IMG/VR virus record: IMGVR_UViG_2531839667_000012
Reading direction: 5' to 3' (one strand)
From: a virus
Taxonomy: Duplodnaviria; Heunggongvirae; Uroviricota; Caudoviricetes
Length of the DNA: 32,021 nt
Shown: piece after piece, positions 15,881-24,676 of the stretch
Layout: each line of letters begins with the position of its first letter
How positions within the stretch are numbered: the stretch's first letter is position 1
The notes under the pieces: model-generated
Databases searched by the model: none
Told to the model about the DNA's origin: nothing
Seen by the model: the letters and a program-made list of their open reading frames with translations, nothing else
Made by a program: the position numbers and the translations under genes

Positions 15881-17760
15881 GCCAGCCTCACGATATAGTT
15901 GAAAGCGATATTTTTAACGGTGTTTTCGGCGTTCCCGGCGGCGTTCACCGTAATAGTGTGGCTGTGGGAACCCAAGGCGATAGTGTGGTTATGCGCGCCG
16001 ATAGTCAGCGAATGAGTATGAGCGCCGATGGCTACTGTGTGAGTATGGACACCGTCTGTACTGGTTCTGAATTTGTAGTTATCCCAGTCTGTGTCTGCAG
16101 ACCCCTGATTATTACGGGTACTGTCGAAGTAACCGTGACGCCCACCGCTGGCTTCACCCCATCCGCTGTCGTGGTTGTGAGCACCGGCTGACGCTGTTGA
16201 TTTTGTCCCGTAGTCAAACGCGCTGGTATTTTTAGTACCCAAATCAGTGGAACTGGCGGTTTTAGTGCCTAAATCCGTGTTAGCGGCGCTGGCGGTGTGA
16301 CCATGAGATTTAACGCCATCCTGTTCCTGAGACAGTATCGTGCGTCCGCTGGCGGGCTTCCCCTTGATTGTCCAGCCTCGCATATCCGGGATTACACCGG
16401 AGGGGTAAGCGATTGCCAGTTTAGGGTAGGCGGTTTTATTGAAGGACTGACCGACCATCAGTGCATAGCCGCTAGGGATGGCATCGGATGGCCATGGAAT
16501 GGGAGCGCCTGCTGGGTAGAGTTCTTCTGGTAAGTTTCTGCTATTAAAATCTCGCCGCCAGCCGGGAGAGTATTGTGCTCCGTGATCGATATAGATAAAT
16601 TGCGCGTTGGCTATGCCTTTGGTCGATGTAGAGGGGGTAGTAATGCGGATTGTTTTTGCCGACTCAATACCCATGACCTCAATGACAGCGCCAGCCAGTT
16701 GAATATCGCCACAGCCTGTATCAGAAATGACTTTATTCGAGGCATAACTCCATGAACCTTTACACATCCAATAGGGGGTACTGAAAGCTCCCTGAACACT
16801 CAGCCAGCTTAGAAATTCAGTCGTAGTCCATGAGGCATCATTTCCACCAATAGACAGACTGCCGCTGAAGGCACGGCAGCGGCTATTGGCATTATCCATT
16901 ACTATTTTGACAGCCTTCGGTGTTGCGGCCATCGCCTCACTAACGTTATTGGTTTCGCTGTTAAGCTGGATTATCCCTTTGCGCATGGTGGTCGCATCCA
17001 GTGCGGTATATTTTCCATTAGCCAGATCGTAGGCCGCTTTCACGGCTTTAGGCGTGGCGGCCAGCGTTTCGCTGATACTGTCGATGGAGCTACTAAGCTG
17101 GACAATCCCTTTACGTGAGGTGGTGGCATCCAGTGCGGTATATTTTCCATTAGCCAGATCGTAGGCTGCTTTCACGGCTTTGGGCGTGGCGGCCAGTGTT
17201 TCGCTGATGCTGTTGGTCGCACTGCTTAATTGAGTAAAACCTTTGGCAGTTAACGTGGCGTCAGGATGGTTACGGGACTGCGCGTGGCGAGTCAGGCTTT
17301 CATCCACATACTGCCTCGTTGCCAACACTACGGCAGGGTCGATTTTCAGTTCCACGTTTTCCGTATGGGAGACAATCAACACCATGCGGATAATCTGCGT
17401 GCGACCCGAACCTTCGATTAGCTGCGGCTTGTAGGTTGGCGGGCAGTTGCCGACGGCAATCAGCCGGTCGTGCTCGTCGTACAGGCCAATTTCTCTGATC
17501 CACCATCCGCCTACGTCCTCCGGCAGCACCTGTTCGGCAATAATCTGGTTGGAGTTGTTAGGGTCAATACTGAGCGTATTCAGCGGTGCACGTCGACGTT
17601 CGTTGACTAGCCGGGTTTGACCGGTCTCCGGCGTTGGCAGGTTACCGTTTCCGTCGCCCACGGCCATTTGCGTCAGATGAAGAGGTGAACCCTGTGTGGT
17701 GGCGGTCGCCAGCGCGGATTCGCCAGTAGTGGTTAATAGCGTGAAATAGGTAGCGCTCAT
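15877..17760 (-). CDS. H: Tail fibre protein (P2 gpH-like N-terminus, divergent receptor-binding C-terminus with His-x-His repeats)
   Basis: 627 aa; N-terminal region and [37 protein letters not shown] repeats as I recall them in P2 H; C-terminus [33 protein letters not shown]. Confidence 0.9.
   Translation of the reverse strand: MSATYFTLLTTTGESALATATTQGSPLHLTQMAVGDGNGNLPTPETGQTRLVNERRRAPLNTLSIDPNNSNQIIAEQVLPEDVGGWWIREIGLYDEHDRLIAVGNCPPTYKPQLIEGSGRTQIIRMVLIVSHTENVELKIDPAVVLATRQYVDESLTRHAQSRNHPDATLTAKGFTQLSSATNSISETLAATPKAVKAAYDLANGKYTALDATTSRKGIVQLSSSIDSISETLAATPKAVKAAYDLANGKYTALDATTMRKGIIQLNSETNNVSEAMAATPKAVKIVMDNANSRCRAFSGSLSIGGNDASWTTTEFLSWLSVQGAFSTPYWMCKGSWSYASNKVISDTGCGDIQLAGAVIEVMGIESAKTIRITTPSTSTKGIANAQFIYIDHGAQYSPGWRRDFNSRNLPEELYPAGAPIPWPSDAIPSGYALMVGQSFNKTAYPKLAIAYPSGVIPDMRGWTIKGKPASGRTILSQEQDGVKSHGHTASAANTDLGTKTASSTDLGTKNTSAFDYGTKSTASAGAHNHDSGWGEASGGRHGYFDSTRNNQGSADTDWDNYKFRTSTDGVHTHTVAIGAHTHSLTIGAHNHTIALGSHSHTITVNAAGNAENTVKNIAFNYIVRLA
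16862..17257. repeat. About three tandem copies of a 132-bp coding repeat inside the tail fibre gene
   Basis: Near-identical DNA blocks starting at about 16994 and 17126 (two full copies), with a diverged third copy at about 16862-16993; they encode the 44-aa protein repeat. Confidence 0.7.
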
Positions 17761-18371
17761 GGGGCGATCCTTAGCGTATCAATCAGATGCAGCGCAGCCC
17801 CGCGGTAGTCACGGCCCACGCTGTATACATGTTCGGGAATAAAGGGATAAACGGTGAGCGTATCGCCGGTATAGTTCGTCGCGCTGAACCAGACGTATCC
17901 GTTGCTTTGCAGGCTGATCGCCAGTCCGATTAAGTGGCGTGAACAGGGTTTTGCATCATCGATCAGGCGCTCCAGCTCTACATACATCTGCTCGGTGATG
18001 CCCTGTTCGCGCACGCCGACTTCCAGCGCGAAGGTGCCGGGAATACCTTCCGGGCGCAGTTGCCACCATTCGGTTACCCGGATAAGGAAACCGAGCGGTT
18101 CCACCGCACGCTGCAGTGCGCCGATGGTGCCTTTGTGCTGATGGATGTAGAAAGAAGCAGCAATCACCTGCCGCTTGGTATCGGCTGGCCAGTTTTCATC
18201 CCAGCGGTCAACGGAAAACGCCCATGCCAGATAAGGCAACAGCGCGGCGGGGCAGCTATCCGGTTGCCACAAGCTACGCAGCGGGACTGGCATTTGTTCA
18301 GTCAGACTGCCGGTTTGCGCCAGATTCTGCTCCAGCGAGCTGGCATTGTTGGGGAGCAGGGAGCTATTCAT
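17757..18371 (-). CDS. I: Baseplate protein (P2 gpI-like)
   Basis: Start chosen at ATG 18371 (MNSSLLP...) adjacent to the J stop; the longer ORF overlaps J by 77 nt. Confidence 0.8.
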   Translation of the reverse strand: MNSSLLPNNASSLEQNLAQTGSLTEQMPVPLRSLWQPDSCPAALLPYLAWAFSVDRWDENWPADTKRQVIAASFYIHQHKGTIGALQRAVEPLGFLIRVTEWWQLRPEGIPGTFALEVGVREQGITEQMYVELERLIDDAKPCSRHLIGLAISLQSNGYVWFSATNYTGDTLTVYPFIPEHVYSVGRDYRGAALHLIDTLRIAP

Positions 18372-19275
18372 CGCTTCCCCCGATGGCAATTTGCCATCCG
18401 GTGCAGTAGCTGGCCTGCGTTTTGTTGATAATGACATCAACGGCAGGGGAGAGCAGTTCTACGCGCTGAACGCCGGTGACATGCAGTGCGGCGTAAATCG
18501 CGCTGCGGCGAATATCGCGCCCGATTCGATGCTGGTCATTGACGTAGCTTTGTAGCCGCTGCTCGGCGGCCTGCCGAATGGGTTCCTGCTCCGGGCCGGG
18601 ATAGCAATAAAGTACGGCATCAATCTGATACGGGATCACTTCGGCGGACTGAATGGTTGGGCGATCGCCTACCGGACGAATATCAATATCGTTCAGGGCG
18701 GAATCGACTATCGCCAGCAGTTCTGCGCTGGCCAGCCCGTTGCCTTCGCGGGAGAGTACCGACACGGTGACGTAACAAGGATAGGGGCTGATAGCGGAGA
18801 CGTCGGCGATACGCCCGTCTGCGCTGCGGGCGTGATATTCGTAGGCGGCGGTCGGGCCAGCGACGGACAGACCTTCAAACGCCTGCTGTGCGCGCATTCG
18901 TAAATCGCTGTCGGATTCATAAACCGGATCAACGGGCGGTATCGCCGTACTGTCTCCGGGCGAGATTTGCAGGCGAAAAACCTTAAAGTTAGCGACCAGA
19001 TTATCCAGATCGCGCCCGGCGGCATGGGCCAGCATATTAGCAACGGCGGCTTCATTAATGCGTACCCGCAGCGCCATCTCTAAGTAAGTATTTTCCTGCA
19101 ACAGCTTGACGAAGGGTTCTGATTCATAGCCCAGCGTGCGGGTAACTTCTGCTTGCTGTTCGGCAGGATACAGGCTGATAAAGCGCTGCTTGCGGGCGGT
19201 GAACAGGGTTTCAAAATCGACTGTTTCCACTACATCGGGGATCGGTAACTGGCTTAAATCGGCCAGCGCGCTCAT
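18364..19275 (-). CDS. J: Baseplate wedge protein (P2 gpJ-like)
   Basis: Start chosen at ATG 19275 (MSALADLSQLPIPDVV...), overlapping the W stop as ATGA. Confidence 0.85.
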   Translation of the reverse strand: MSALADLSQLPIPDVVETVDFETLFTARKQRFISLYPAEQQAEVTRTLGYESEPFVKLLQENTYLEMALRVRINEAAVANMLAHAAGRDLDNLVANFKVFRLQISPGDSTAIPPVDPVYESDSDLRMRAQQAFEGLSVAGPTAAYEYHARSADGRIADVSAISPYPCYVTVSVLSREGNGLASAELLAIVDSALNDIDIRPVGDRPTIQSAEVIPYQIDAVLYCYPGPEQEPIRQAAEQRLQSYVNDQHRIGRDIRRSAIYAALHVTGVQRVELLSPAVDVIINKTQASYCTGWQIAIGGSDE

Positions 19276-19622
19276 GAACGTCTCCTGTCGATCGGAATGG
19301 AGAATGCCCACGGCTGGCCGGGGATATCGGTACGTTCGGCTTCAATAGTGACGCTGAGATCGGCATTTTCCGCAGCAAAGTCCACGCCGATAATCTCGAG
19401 GCGGGGTTCCCAGCGCGTCAGCGCCATAACCACCGCCGACATCACCCGCAGTCGGGTACTGCCATCGTTGGGCTGGTCGATCAGGTTACCGATCAGTGAG
19501 CCATAATCGCGGCGCATCACGCGCGTACCTACCGGCGTGGTCAGAATATCTTTTACGGATTGCTTAATGTGCAGCTCGTCGCTTAACGCTCTGCCGGTTT
19601 CGGCGTTCATACCGAGGTACAT
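19272..19622 (-). CDS. W: Baseplate protein W (gp25-like)
   Basis: 116 aa; position between V and J; gp25/GPW-like sequence. Confidence 0.85.
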   Translation of the reverse strand: MYLGMNAETGRALSDELHIKQSVKDILTTPVGTRVMRRDYGSLIGNLIDQPNDGSTRLRVMSAVVMALTRWEPRLEIIGVDFAAENADLSVTIEAERTDIPGQPWAFSIPIDRRRS

Positions 19623-20221
19623 TACTGTGGCCCTCCGGTATTGCTACCCCCGCGCTCCACGCCTGTGTGCGTGTGGGTATGGACGGTGACGCCGTTGGAG
19701 GTAAAACTGCCGCCGCTGTGAGTGTAAGCGCCTTTAAGCGTGCCGCCTTTTTTAACCGACAGCGTGGTGGTTTCCAGATGCTGGGTGCAGACGACGAGCG
19801 GTGTATCCAGCGTGACGAGGGTACTGGCTTCGACCAGTGCGGTCTTGATGCCGGTGGCTTTTAACGCGCTGGAGCGCGGATCATATTCAATCACCGCACC
19901 ATCGGGGTAAATGGTGTGGTGAACCTGTTCATCCAGCATCGGGGCGGGGTTGGCGTCAGAGTAAATGGCCGGAAGCGCCACGGCGGTGGTTAACTCTCCG
20001 CTTAAACAGAGCAGTAACACCTGTTCGCCTGTTGATGGCCGCCACCACGTCCGGGCATCACCGGCGCGTAGCGTCAGCCACGGTATCCAGTTGGTGGTCA
20101 GTTCACCAGTGTGAATGCGTACTCGATCGCCCTTCACCTCTTCAACGGTGCCGGTACGGATCAGGTTTTCAATGCGCCGGTGCAGCTCGGCGATGTTGGC
20201 TGGGTGGTTTGCGTCGCTCAT
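19622..20221 (-). CDS. V: Baseplate spike/hub protein (P2 gpV-like)
   Basis: 199 aa; first gene after an Ogr-box promoter; C-terminal Gly/His/Thr-rich tip. Confidence 0.85.
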   Translation of the reverse strand: MSDANHPANIAELHRRIENLIRTGTVEEVKGDRVRIHTGELTTNWIPWLTLRAGDARTWWRPSTGEQVLLLCLSGELTTAVALPAIYSDANPAPMLDEQVHHTIYPDGAVIEYDPRSSALKATGIKTALVEASTLVTLDTPLVVCTQHLETTTLSVKKGGTLKGAYTHSGGSFTSNGVTVHTHTHTGVERGGSNTGGPQ

Positions 20222-20265
20222 GCCGGAATCATTGGGATTCGCGGGCGAAGAGGGAAGGGCTAAGG

Positions 20266-20288
20266 CTTGTAGGATAATGGGCTACAAG
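20266..20288 (-). promoter_or_regulatory. Ogr-box dyad (CTTGTA-N11-TACAAG) of the late promoter for V-W-J-I-H-G
   Basis: cttgtaggataatgggctacaag located 45-67 bp upstream of the V start. Confidence 0.6.
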
Positions 20289-20312
20289 TAAAACGCCCCT
20301 GAGTAGGGGCGT
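20284..20312 (-). terminator. Rho-independent terminator downstream of hicB
   Basis: Hairpin ACGCCCCT-gagt-AGGGGCGT (8-9 bp stem, 4-nt loop) followed on the minus strand by TTTACTT. Confidence 0.6.
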
Positions 20313-20327
20313 TGAACGAAAAAGAGC

Positions 20328-20663
20328 TTAACCGTGCGCAGCCTTCATCAGTGTATCGTTAATCCACTGGTTAACGCTTTTACCGGAGACTTCTGCCGCA
20401 ACGTTAATGGCAGAGTGAATTTCAGGTGGAATACGCAGGCTGATTTTTCCGCTGGCCGGACGCAACGGCTCCCGGCCCCGTTCCTCGCAGTAAGCCAGAT
20501 AGTCGTCTACCGCCTCTTCAAACGCTTTACGCAGATCGGCAACATTATCGGCATGAAAGCCAATGACATCCCGAATGCCTGCAACGTGACCAACAATGCA
20601 TTGATCTTCATCGCTGTATTCAATTTTTGCGGCATAGCCTCTATATGTCATGGTATTCATCAT
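20328..20663 (-). CDS. hicB: HicB-family antitoxin (RNase H-like fold N-domain plus C-terminal RHH DNA-binding domain)
   Basis: 111 aa; YRGYAAKIEYSDEDQCIVGHVAGIRDVIGFHADNVADLRKAFEEAVDDYL and C-terminal KISLRIPPEIHSAINVAA RHH-like segment; overlaps hicA by 4 nt. Confidence 0.85.
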   Translation of the reverse strand: MMNTMTYRGYAAKIEYSDEDQCIVGHVAGIRDVIGFHADNVADLRKAFEEAVDDYLAYCEERGREPLRPASGKISLRIPPEIHSAINVAAEVSGKSVNQWINDTLMKAAHG

Positions 20664-20923
20664 GGTGTTACCCCTACAGCTTCAAGGAATGTTCTGGCAT
20701 CGCGAACCTGATAGGCTTTCGCTTCTTTTTCCGGGTGTGGACGATGAAATGAAGCCACAACCTGATTAATTTCAAACCTGACGCGGGAACCGTTTCCTTC
20801 CGTAGCAATAGCCCCCAAAGCAATAAATAAGGCTTCTATTTTTCGCCATTCCAGCGTGACAGGTGTTGGCGTAGAAAAAACAGCTTGTAAGGTTTTTTTA
20901 TGTTTGGCGCTTAACGTATTCAT
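20660..20923 (-). CDS. hicA: HicA-family mRNA interferase toxin
   Basis: 87 aa; GNGSRVRFEINQVVASFHRPHP resembles E. coli HicA ANGSNHLKLRFHGRRSVMPRHP. Confidence 0.8.
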   Translation of the reverse strand: MNTLSAKHKKTLQAVFSTPTPVTLEWRKIEALFIALGAIATEGNGSRVRFEINQVVASFHRPHPEKEAKAYQVRDARTFLEAVGVTP

Positions 20924-20972
20924 ACAGGGTATTTTCCATAAGTTATTTTATTCTTCCGCCAAGATATAATGA

Positions 20973-20996
20973 TGATATCATTTTTTGATATCATTT
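20973..20996. promoter_or_regulatory. Two copies of palindrome TGATATCA(T) upstream of hicA; candidate HicB operator / hicAB promoter
   Basis: atgatatcat at 20973-20982 and tgatatcat at 20988-20996 in an AT-rich stretch between the S start and hicA start. Confidence 0.5.
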
Positions 20997-21442
20997 CAAG
21001 TCAGGAAGTGAACGATTAGCGCCTCTATCTTTCGCACATCCTCCGCCGAAACCCCCAGCAACTGCCTTTGTGCGTAATCCACCTCCAACCCGTAGCGATT
21101 TACCCGATCGCGCAGGCCATACTGATGAACGGCGGCCATATGTCGAACGCTGCTGAGAAACGAAATGGTTGCTCCCTGCCCATCTCCTTTTCCTTTCATA
21201 TAGCGTGCGGTACGCAGCTTACGGAACATCTGGCGGCGGATCTTTCCTTTTTTACTGCGTAGCTGGGGCTTACGGGGGGCGAACGATGAGCCGTCCGGGT
21301 TTTTCTGCGCGGCTATCCGCTGGCTTTGTGACTGGCGCAGGCTGCGGGCGATTTCCCGCGCCAGTTGGGTTCGGCTTGCCGGGGAGAGCTTTACGAGCAG
21401 GCCATCGGCCCAGCGGTGGAGTTGTTGCAGGTCTTCGCTCAT
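20996..21442 (-). CDS. S: Tail completion protein (P2 gpS-like)
   Basis: 148 aa; position after R; basic central region. Confidence 0.85.
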   Translation of the reverse strand: MSEDLQQLHRWADGLLVKLSPASRTQLAREIARSLRQSQSQRIAAQKNPDGSSFAPRKPQLRSKKGKIRRQMFRKLRTARYMKGKGDGQGATISFLSSVRHMAAVHQYGLRDRVNRYGLEVDYAQRQLLGVSAEDVRKIEALIVHFLT

Positions 21443-21900
21443 CAGGTGCTCACAATCGTTTCACCGCGACAGGCGATTTCCCAGCCGTTGTAACCGCTTT
21501 CTGGCTGCTGGTCGTTACAGTGCTTTGCTTCCAGACCACCGTCGCGCTGGCGAACAATGACGCGCTCGGTCAGCGCCAGTTTGATGCTGATATCGTAGCT
21601 CTGATGGTCGATGGCTTCGGCCTCAAACTGAAACGCCTGCTCGCGCAGGTCGCTATTGGCGAAGGCTTCCTGCTGGTGAAGCGACATCCAGCCGACCAGC
21701 GGCACCATCAGCGTATCGGGATCGGCGGCGTAGTCGGTGATCAACAGTTCCAGCGTGTACTGGTATTCAAAACTGGTGCTGCGCCCTGCGGTGGCGACGA
21801 TCCGGCCCTTATTGATAAAGATCCGCAGCGCGTCCGGGTTCTGCTGTAGATGCGGGACGCTGGCGGCCAGCAGTTCACGGATGAGCTGCGCTTTGTGCAT
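21442..21900 (-). CDS. R: Tail completion protein (P2 gpR-like)
   Basis: 152 aa; position between lysis genes and S. Confidence 0.85.
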   Translation of the reverse strand: MHKAQLIRELLAASVPHLQQNPDALRIFINKGRIVATAGRSTSFEYQYTLELLITDYAADPDTLMVPLVGWMSLHQQEAFANSDLREQAFQFEAEAIDHQSYDISIKLALTERVIVRQRDGGLEAKHCNDQQPESGYNGWEIACRGETIVST

Positions 21901-22150
21901 CGATACGCTCCTGACAGCTAATCGTCATATCCACCTGCGCAGCGCACTGGTGCCACGCGTTTTCAGTGTCCAGCAGTGCGCGGCTTAAATCTTCATTACT
22001 CTGCGGTTGCAGCGCCGGAAGCTGGCAGGGCCTCAGTTTCGGGCAATTGACGGTAAGCCGCACTGCCGGTAATGGTGGTGTGCTGGTGCAGGCGGATAAT
22101 ATCAGCGGGCAAAGCAGTATCAGCCCATTCACGAAGCTGTTGATTTTCAC
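21875..22150 (-). CDS. lysC: o-spanin (Rz1/LysC-like outer-membrane lipoprotein)
   Basis: 91 aa; signal peptide with lipobox LILSAC, Pro-rich mature part; starts inside the i-spanin gene in another frame and extends past it. Confidence 0.75.
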   Translation of the reverse strand: MKINSFVNGLILLCPLILSACTSTPPLPAVRLTVNCPKLRPCQLPALQPQSNEDLSRALLDTENAWHQCAAQVDMTISCQERIDAQSAAHP

Positions 22151-22445
22151 GTTTCAGTTTCTCCAGTTGTTGATTGTGCTGCCGTAGCTGGTCATGGGCG
22201 TCGGCGGTTTGCTGTTGCAGCGTCAGGTATGCCTGCTGGTCGGCGTCGGCCTGTTGCTGGAGTTCGTCCAGTTCCTGCACTTTTGTCATCAGGGATTCGG
22301 TCAGGCTGGCAATCTGAGTGTCGGCCAGCCTGATGTGCTGCTGCTGTTCAATAAGCTGTTCCTGCTGCGTCATACGCTGCCAGTTCGTCCAGAGCAGCAT
22401 CACGCCGAGCAACAGCAGCGGCGCGGCTTTTATCCAGCCCATCAT
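21996..22445 (-). CDS. lysB: i-spanin (Rz/LysB-like)
   Basis: 149 aa; N-terminal TM helix, Gln/Leu-rich coiled-coil periplasmic domain. Confidence 0.8.
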   Translation of the reverse strand: MMGWIKAAPLLLLGVMLLWTNWQRMTQQEQLIEQQQHIRLADTQIASLTESLMTKVQELDELQQQADADQQAYLTLQQQTADAHDQLRQHNQQLEKLKRENQQLREWADTALPADIIRLHQHTTITGSAAYRQLPETEALPASGAATAE

Positions 22446-23032
22446 GCTGCCGCCTTACTGAATTTTTCGAAGGCGATCGCCAGCTTCGTATCGTACTGGT
22501 TGCGTTTGTACTGTGGCCCGTTGTAGCGGCGGGCGAACTCTGGCCAGTTCTGTACCTTCATCGCGTCGTGGATCTTCGAATTGGCCTCAACGAAGCGCAC
22601 GAAGGCGTCAAGCTGCATCTGCTCGCTGTCGTTCATCTGCTTTTCAAAGTCGGCGGCAGAGGCGTAGCCCAGCGCTTTCCAGTGAAAGCCCATAATCTGG
22701 AACAGTCCCCAGCTTGCGCTCTCAATGGCGGCGGTGCTGTGGATCTGTTTCGCCAGATTCAGACGGTAGTGCTCACGGCTTCCGCCCTGATAGCCGCCTG
22801 TGCTCTTGTTCACCAGATCCGGGTAATTCTGCGCCAGCCGGTCGGCGTCCAGTCCGTGGCTTTTTAACTGGCGGTACATGATGTGGCGTTCAAACAAAAG
22901 AGCCGGGTGGCCATCGGGCAGGAAGCCGTGAGATCGGGCTTCAACCTCCTGCACCGCCTGTAATGCCGCCAGCGGGATACCCAGATACAACGCGGCGGCC
23001 TGCTGCTGATCATGGGTGAGTGTACGAGTCAT
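22442..23032 (-). CDS. Endolysin, N-acetylmuramidase-like
   Basis: 196 aa, lies between the membrane proteins and the spanins; family assignment from overall resemblance to phage muramidases, not from a single catalytic motif. Confidence 0.7.
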   Translation of the reverse strand: MTRTLTHDQQQAAALYLGIPLAALQAVQEVEARSHGFLPDGHPALLFERHIMYRQLKSHGLDADRLAQNYPDLVNKSTGGYQGGSREHYRLNLAKQIHSTAAIESASWGLFQIMGFHWKALGYASAADFEKQMNDSEQMQLDAFVRFVEANSKIHDAMKVQNWPEFARRYNGPQYKRNQYDTKLAIAFEKFSKAAA

Positions 23033-23324
23033 GGCGTGGCTCCTTCGGGTGATGACGTAAGGGGTTAATCAGACTGGCGACGTTGCCGCGTGCAGCGCTC
23101 AGGCAAATCAGCAGCACGATGTTGATGGCGGTTTCGGCGATAAACACGTAGCGGTACAGGCTGAAACAAATCAGTACCGCCACCGATGCGGTGCAGCACA
23201 TCAGCAGCCACGCCAGCCAGCTATACAGCGGGCGATAGGTAGTACCGTGAATGCGGCGATAGAGGAACAGGCGGACGGTAATCAGCAGGCAAATAATGGC
23301 GTTAAGGCTCAGGATTAGTTTCAT
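23010..23324 (-). CDS. Small membrane protein of the lysis cassette (antiholin/LysA-like candidate)
   Basis: 104 aa with at least two hydrophobic helices; ATG at 23324 with AAGGGGA upstream, overlapping the holin stop as ATGA. Confidence 0.6.
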   Translation of the reverse strand: MKLILSLNAIICLLITVRLFLYRRIHGTTYRPLYSWLAWLLMCCTASVAVLICFSLYRYVFIAETAINIVLLICLSAARGNVASLINPLRHHPKEPRHDSYTHP

Positions 23325-23698
23325 TTGCGTCCCCTTAAAAAGTCGAGCAGTTGACCGGGGTTATCCAGTTGTCGGATGGCCCATAGCAGCGCCTTGACGG
23401 TAAGCGCCGATGAGAGCAGCGCCCCGATACCGGGGGAGACTTTTTCCATCAGATGCTGCGGCAGATATCCGGCGACCAGCGCGGTAAACAGGTCGGCGGT
23501 CAGCAGGCCGATCACAAACGCCACGCAGAAGAAAATGATGCGCAGGAACAGGCCGATCTCTTTTTGCGAAATCACCAGCAGCAGCGCGCCACACAATGCG
23601 CCGAGCACTACCGGAGCCTGTAGCGTCGGGAACAGCGTGGCAATGGAGAATGCGCTTACGGAAGCGGCGACGACGGTGCCGGTTACGGGTTCGTTCAT
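23321..23698 (-). CDS. Putative holin
   Basis: About 125 aa from the ATG at 23698 (MNEPVTG...), three or more predicted TM segments, position directly after X and before the endolysin. Confidence 0.65.
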   Translation of the reverse strand: MNEPVTGTVVAASVSAFSIATLFPTLQAPVVLGALCGALLLVISQKEIGLFLRIIFFCVAFVIGLLTADLFTALVAGYLPQHLMEKVSPGIGALLSSALTVKALLWAIRQLDNPGQLLDFLRGRK

Positions 23699-23700
23699 AG

Positions 23701-23904
23701 TCAGTCCCACAGGTTGATTCGTTGACGTGCGGTGGCGGGAGCCTGTTCCGGTACGTTAACCGCCGTACCGTGTGGCAGGCGCAGCGGCAGTTCGCACAGG
23801 CGCGGGTTGTTCTGGTAAAGCTGTTCGACAATCCCGGCAGTGCGCCCGAAGATGCGCCAGCAGAGCTGATCGAGCGTTTCGTTTTGCAGGCTATAGACAA
23901 TCAT
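23701..23904 (-). CDS. X: Tail protein X (LysM-like)
   Basis: 67 aa; DQLCWRIFGRTAGIVEQLYQNNPRLCELPLRLPHGTAVNVP...LWD matches the P2 gpX pattern as I recall it. Confidence 0.85.
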   Translation of the reverse strand: MIVYSLQNETLDQLCWRIFGRTAGIVEQLYQNNPRLCELPLRLPHGTAVNVPEQAPATARQRINLWD

Positions 23905-23976
23905 GGTGTTTCCCGCGCGGCGTCAGGTGATGCGGGGATGGTGGCACAGGGGCGGGAAGTGAAGGGAAGGCTTCCG

Positions 23977-23999
23977 CTTGTAACTGAGGGCAGTACAAG
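23977..23999 (-). promoter_or_regulatory. Ogr-box dyad (CTTGTA-N11-TACAAG) for a late promoter heading the X-lysis-R-S segment
   Basis: cttgtaactgagggcagtacaag about 75-95 bp upstream of the X start. Confidence 0.6.
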
Positions 24000-24018
24000 C
24001 GGAAGCGATTGGCGAGGG

Positions 24019-24339
24019 CTATGCCTCGTCGCTGTCGGTATTGATGATTTTCAGTTCAGCGGACTTCTGGAGCTGGATCAGCGCCGGAAGCAGAAGCGCG
24101 GTAGCCGACAGGCCATGCCCTAGCTGGCACAGGCTTTCAGCGGAGAATTCCAGCACGTTGCTGTCGGCAAAGGAGACGAAGGTTTTACCCAGAAAATGCA
24201 GGCCGTGACATAGTCCGGCGTAGCACTCTTCGCTGCTGTTGGCCAGTAGCAGAGTATCGTCGGCGTTCAGGTGTGAAATATCCATCTTGCGGATCGCGTC
24301 CGCCAGTTCAGAGGACAGAATATTGGTTTCAGGCACCAT
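24019..24339 (-). CDS. Hypothetical protein
   Basis: 106 aa ORF, backbone-like GC, overlaps the upstream 68-aa ORF by 11 nt; no motif recognised. Confidence 0.4.
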   Translation of the reverse strand: MVPETNILSSELADAIRKMDISHLNADDTLLLANSSEECYAGLCHGLHFLGKTFVSFADSNVLEFSAESLCQLGHGLSATALLLPALIQLQKSAELKIINTDSDEA

Positions 24340-24535
24340 GGCGCACCTCCAGCGGTTTGCAGGAGACGAACACCAGCGGGAAACCCGCCAGCAGGTCGCG
24401 AGCCTCGATTTCAGTTGTTGCCAGTACAGACACCAGACGCAGGGGCTGGATCTCGCGCAGCAGGCGGTTGGAACGGGCGTTCAGGAAGGTGTAGAGCTTT
24501 GAATGTGCGCGTATGTTACTATTAGCGGTAGCCAT
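24329..24535 (-). CDS. Hypothetical small protein
   Basis: 68 aa ORF, divergent from the Arc-like gene. Confidence 0.35.
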   Translation of the reverse strand: MATANSNIRAHSKLYTFLNARSNRLLREIQPLRLVSVLATTEIEARDLLAGFPLVFVSCKPLEVRHGA

Positions 24536-24635
24536 AGCATTAGCCTCTTTAATGTTGTGGTCAGAGGCCCGTTGGTGTTGGTAGCACCTGCGGGCTTCGT
24601 TCGTTTAAGGGTTGCAAAACATCACGTAATTGCGA

Positions 24636-24676
24636 TGTAATTACAACTACATCATTCTAAGGATTTTGTAATTACA
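24636..24676. promoter_or_regulatory. Two copies of the perfect 10-bp palindrome TGTAATTACA (24636-24645 and 24667-24676); candidate operators in a divergent promoter region
   Basis: Second copy ends immediately before the ATG of the Arc-like gene; an additional half-site-like GTAATTG at 24626-24632. Confidence 0.55.

Noticed and set aside
21169-21849. 226-aa plus-strand ORF across S and R
   Set aside because: Antisense to two adjacent, well-conserved tail completion genes; Gly/Ala/Arg-rich translation.
23361-23900. 179-aa minus-strand ORF overlapping the holin and X genes
   Set aside because: Different frame over two well-supported genes; Arg/Ala/Cys-rich low-complexity translation; no independent start signal.
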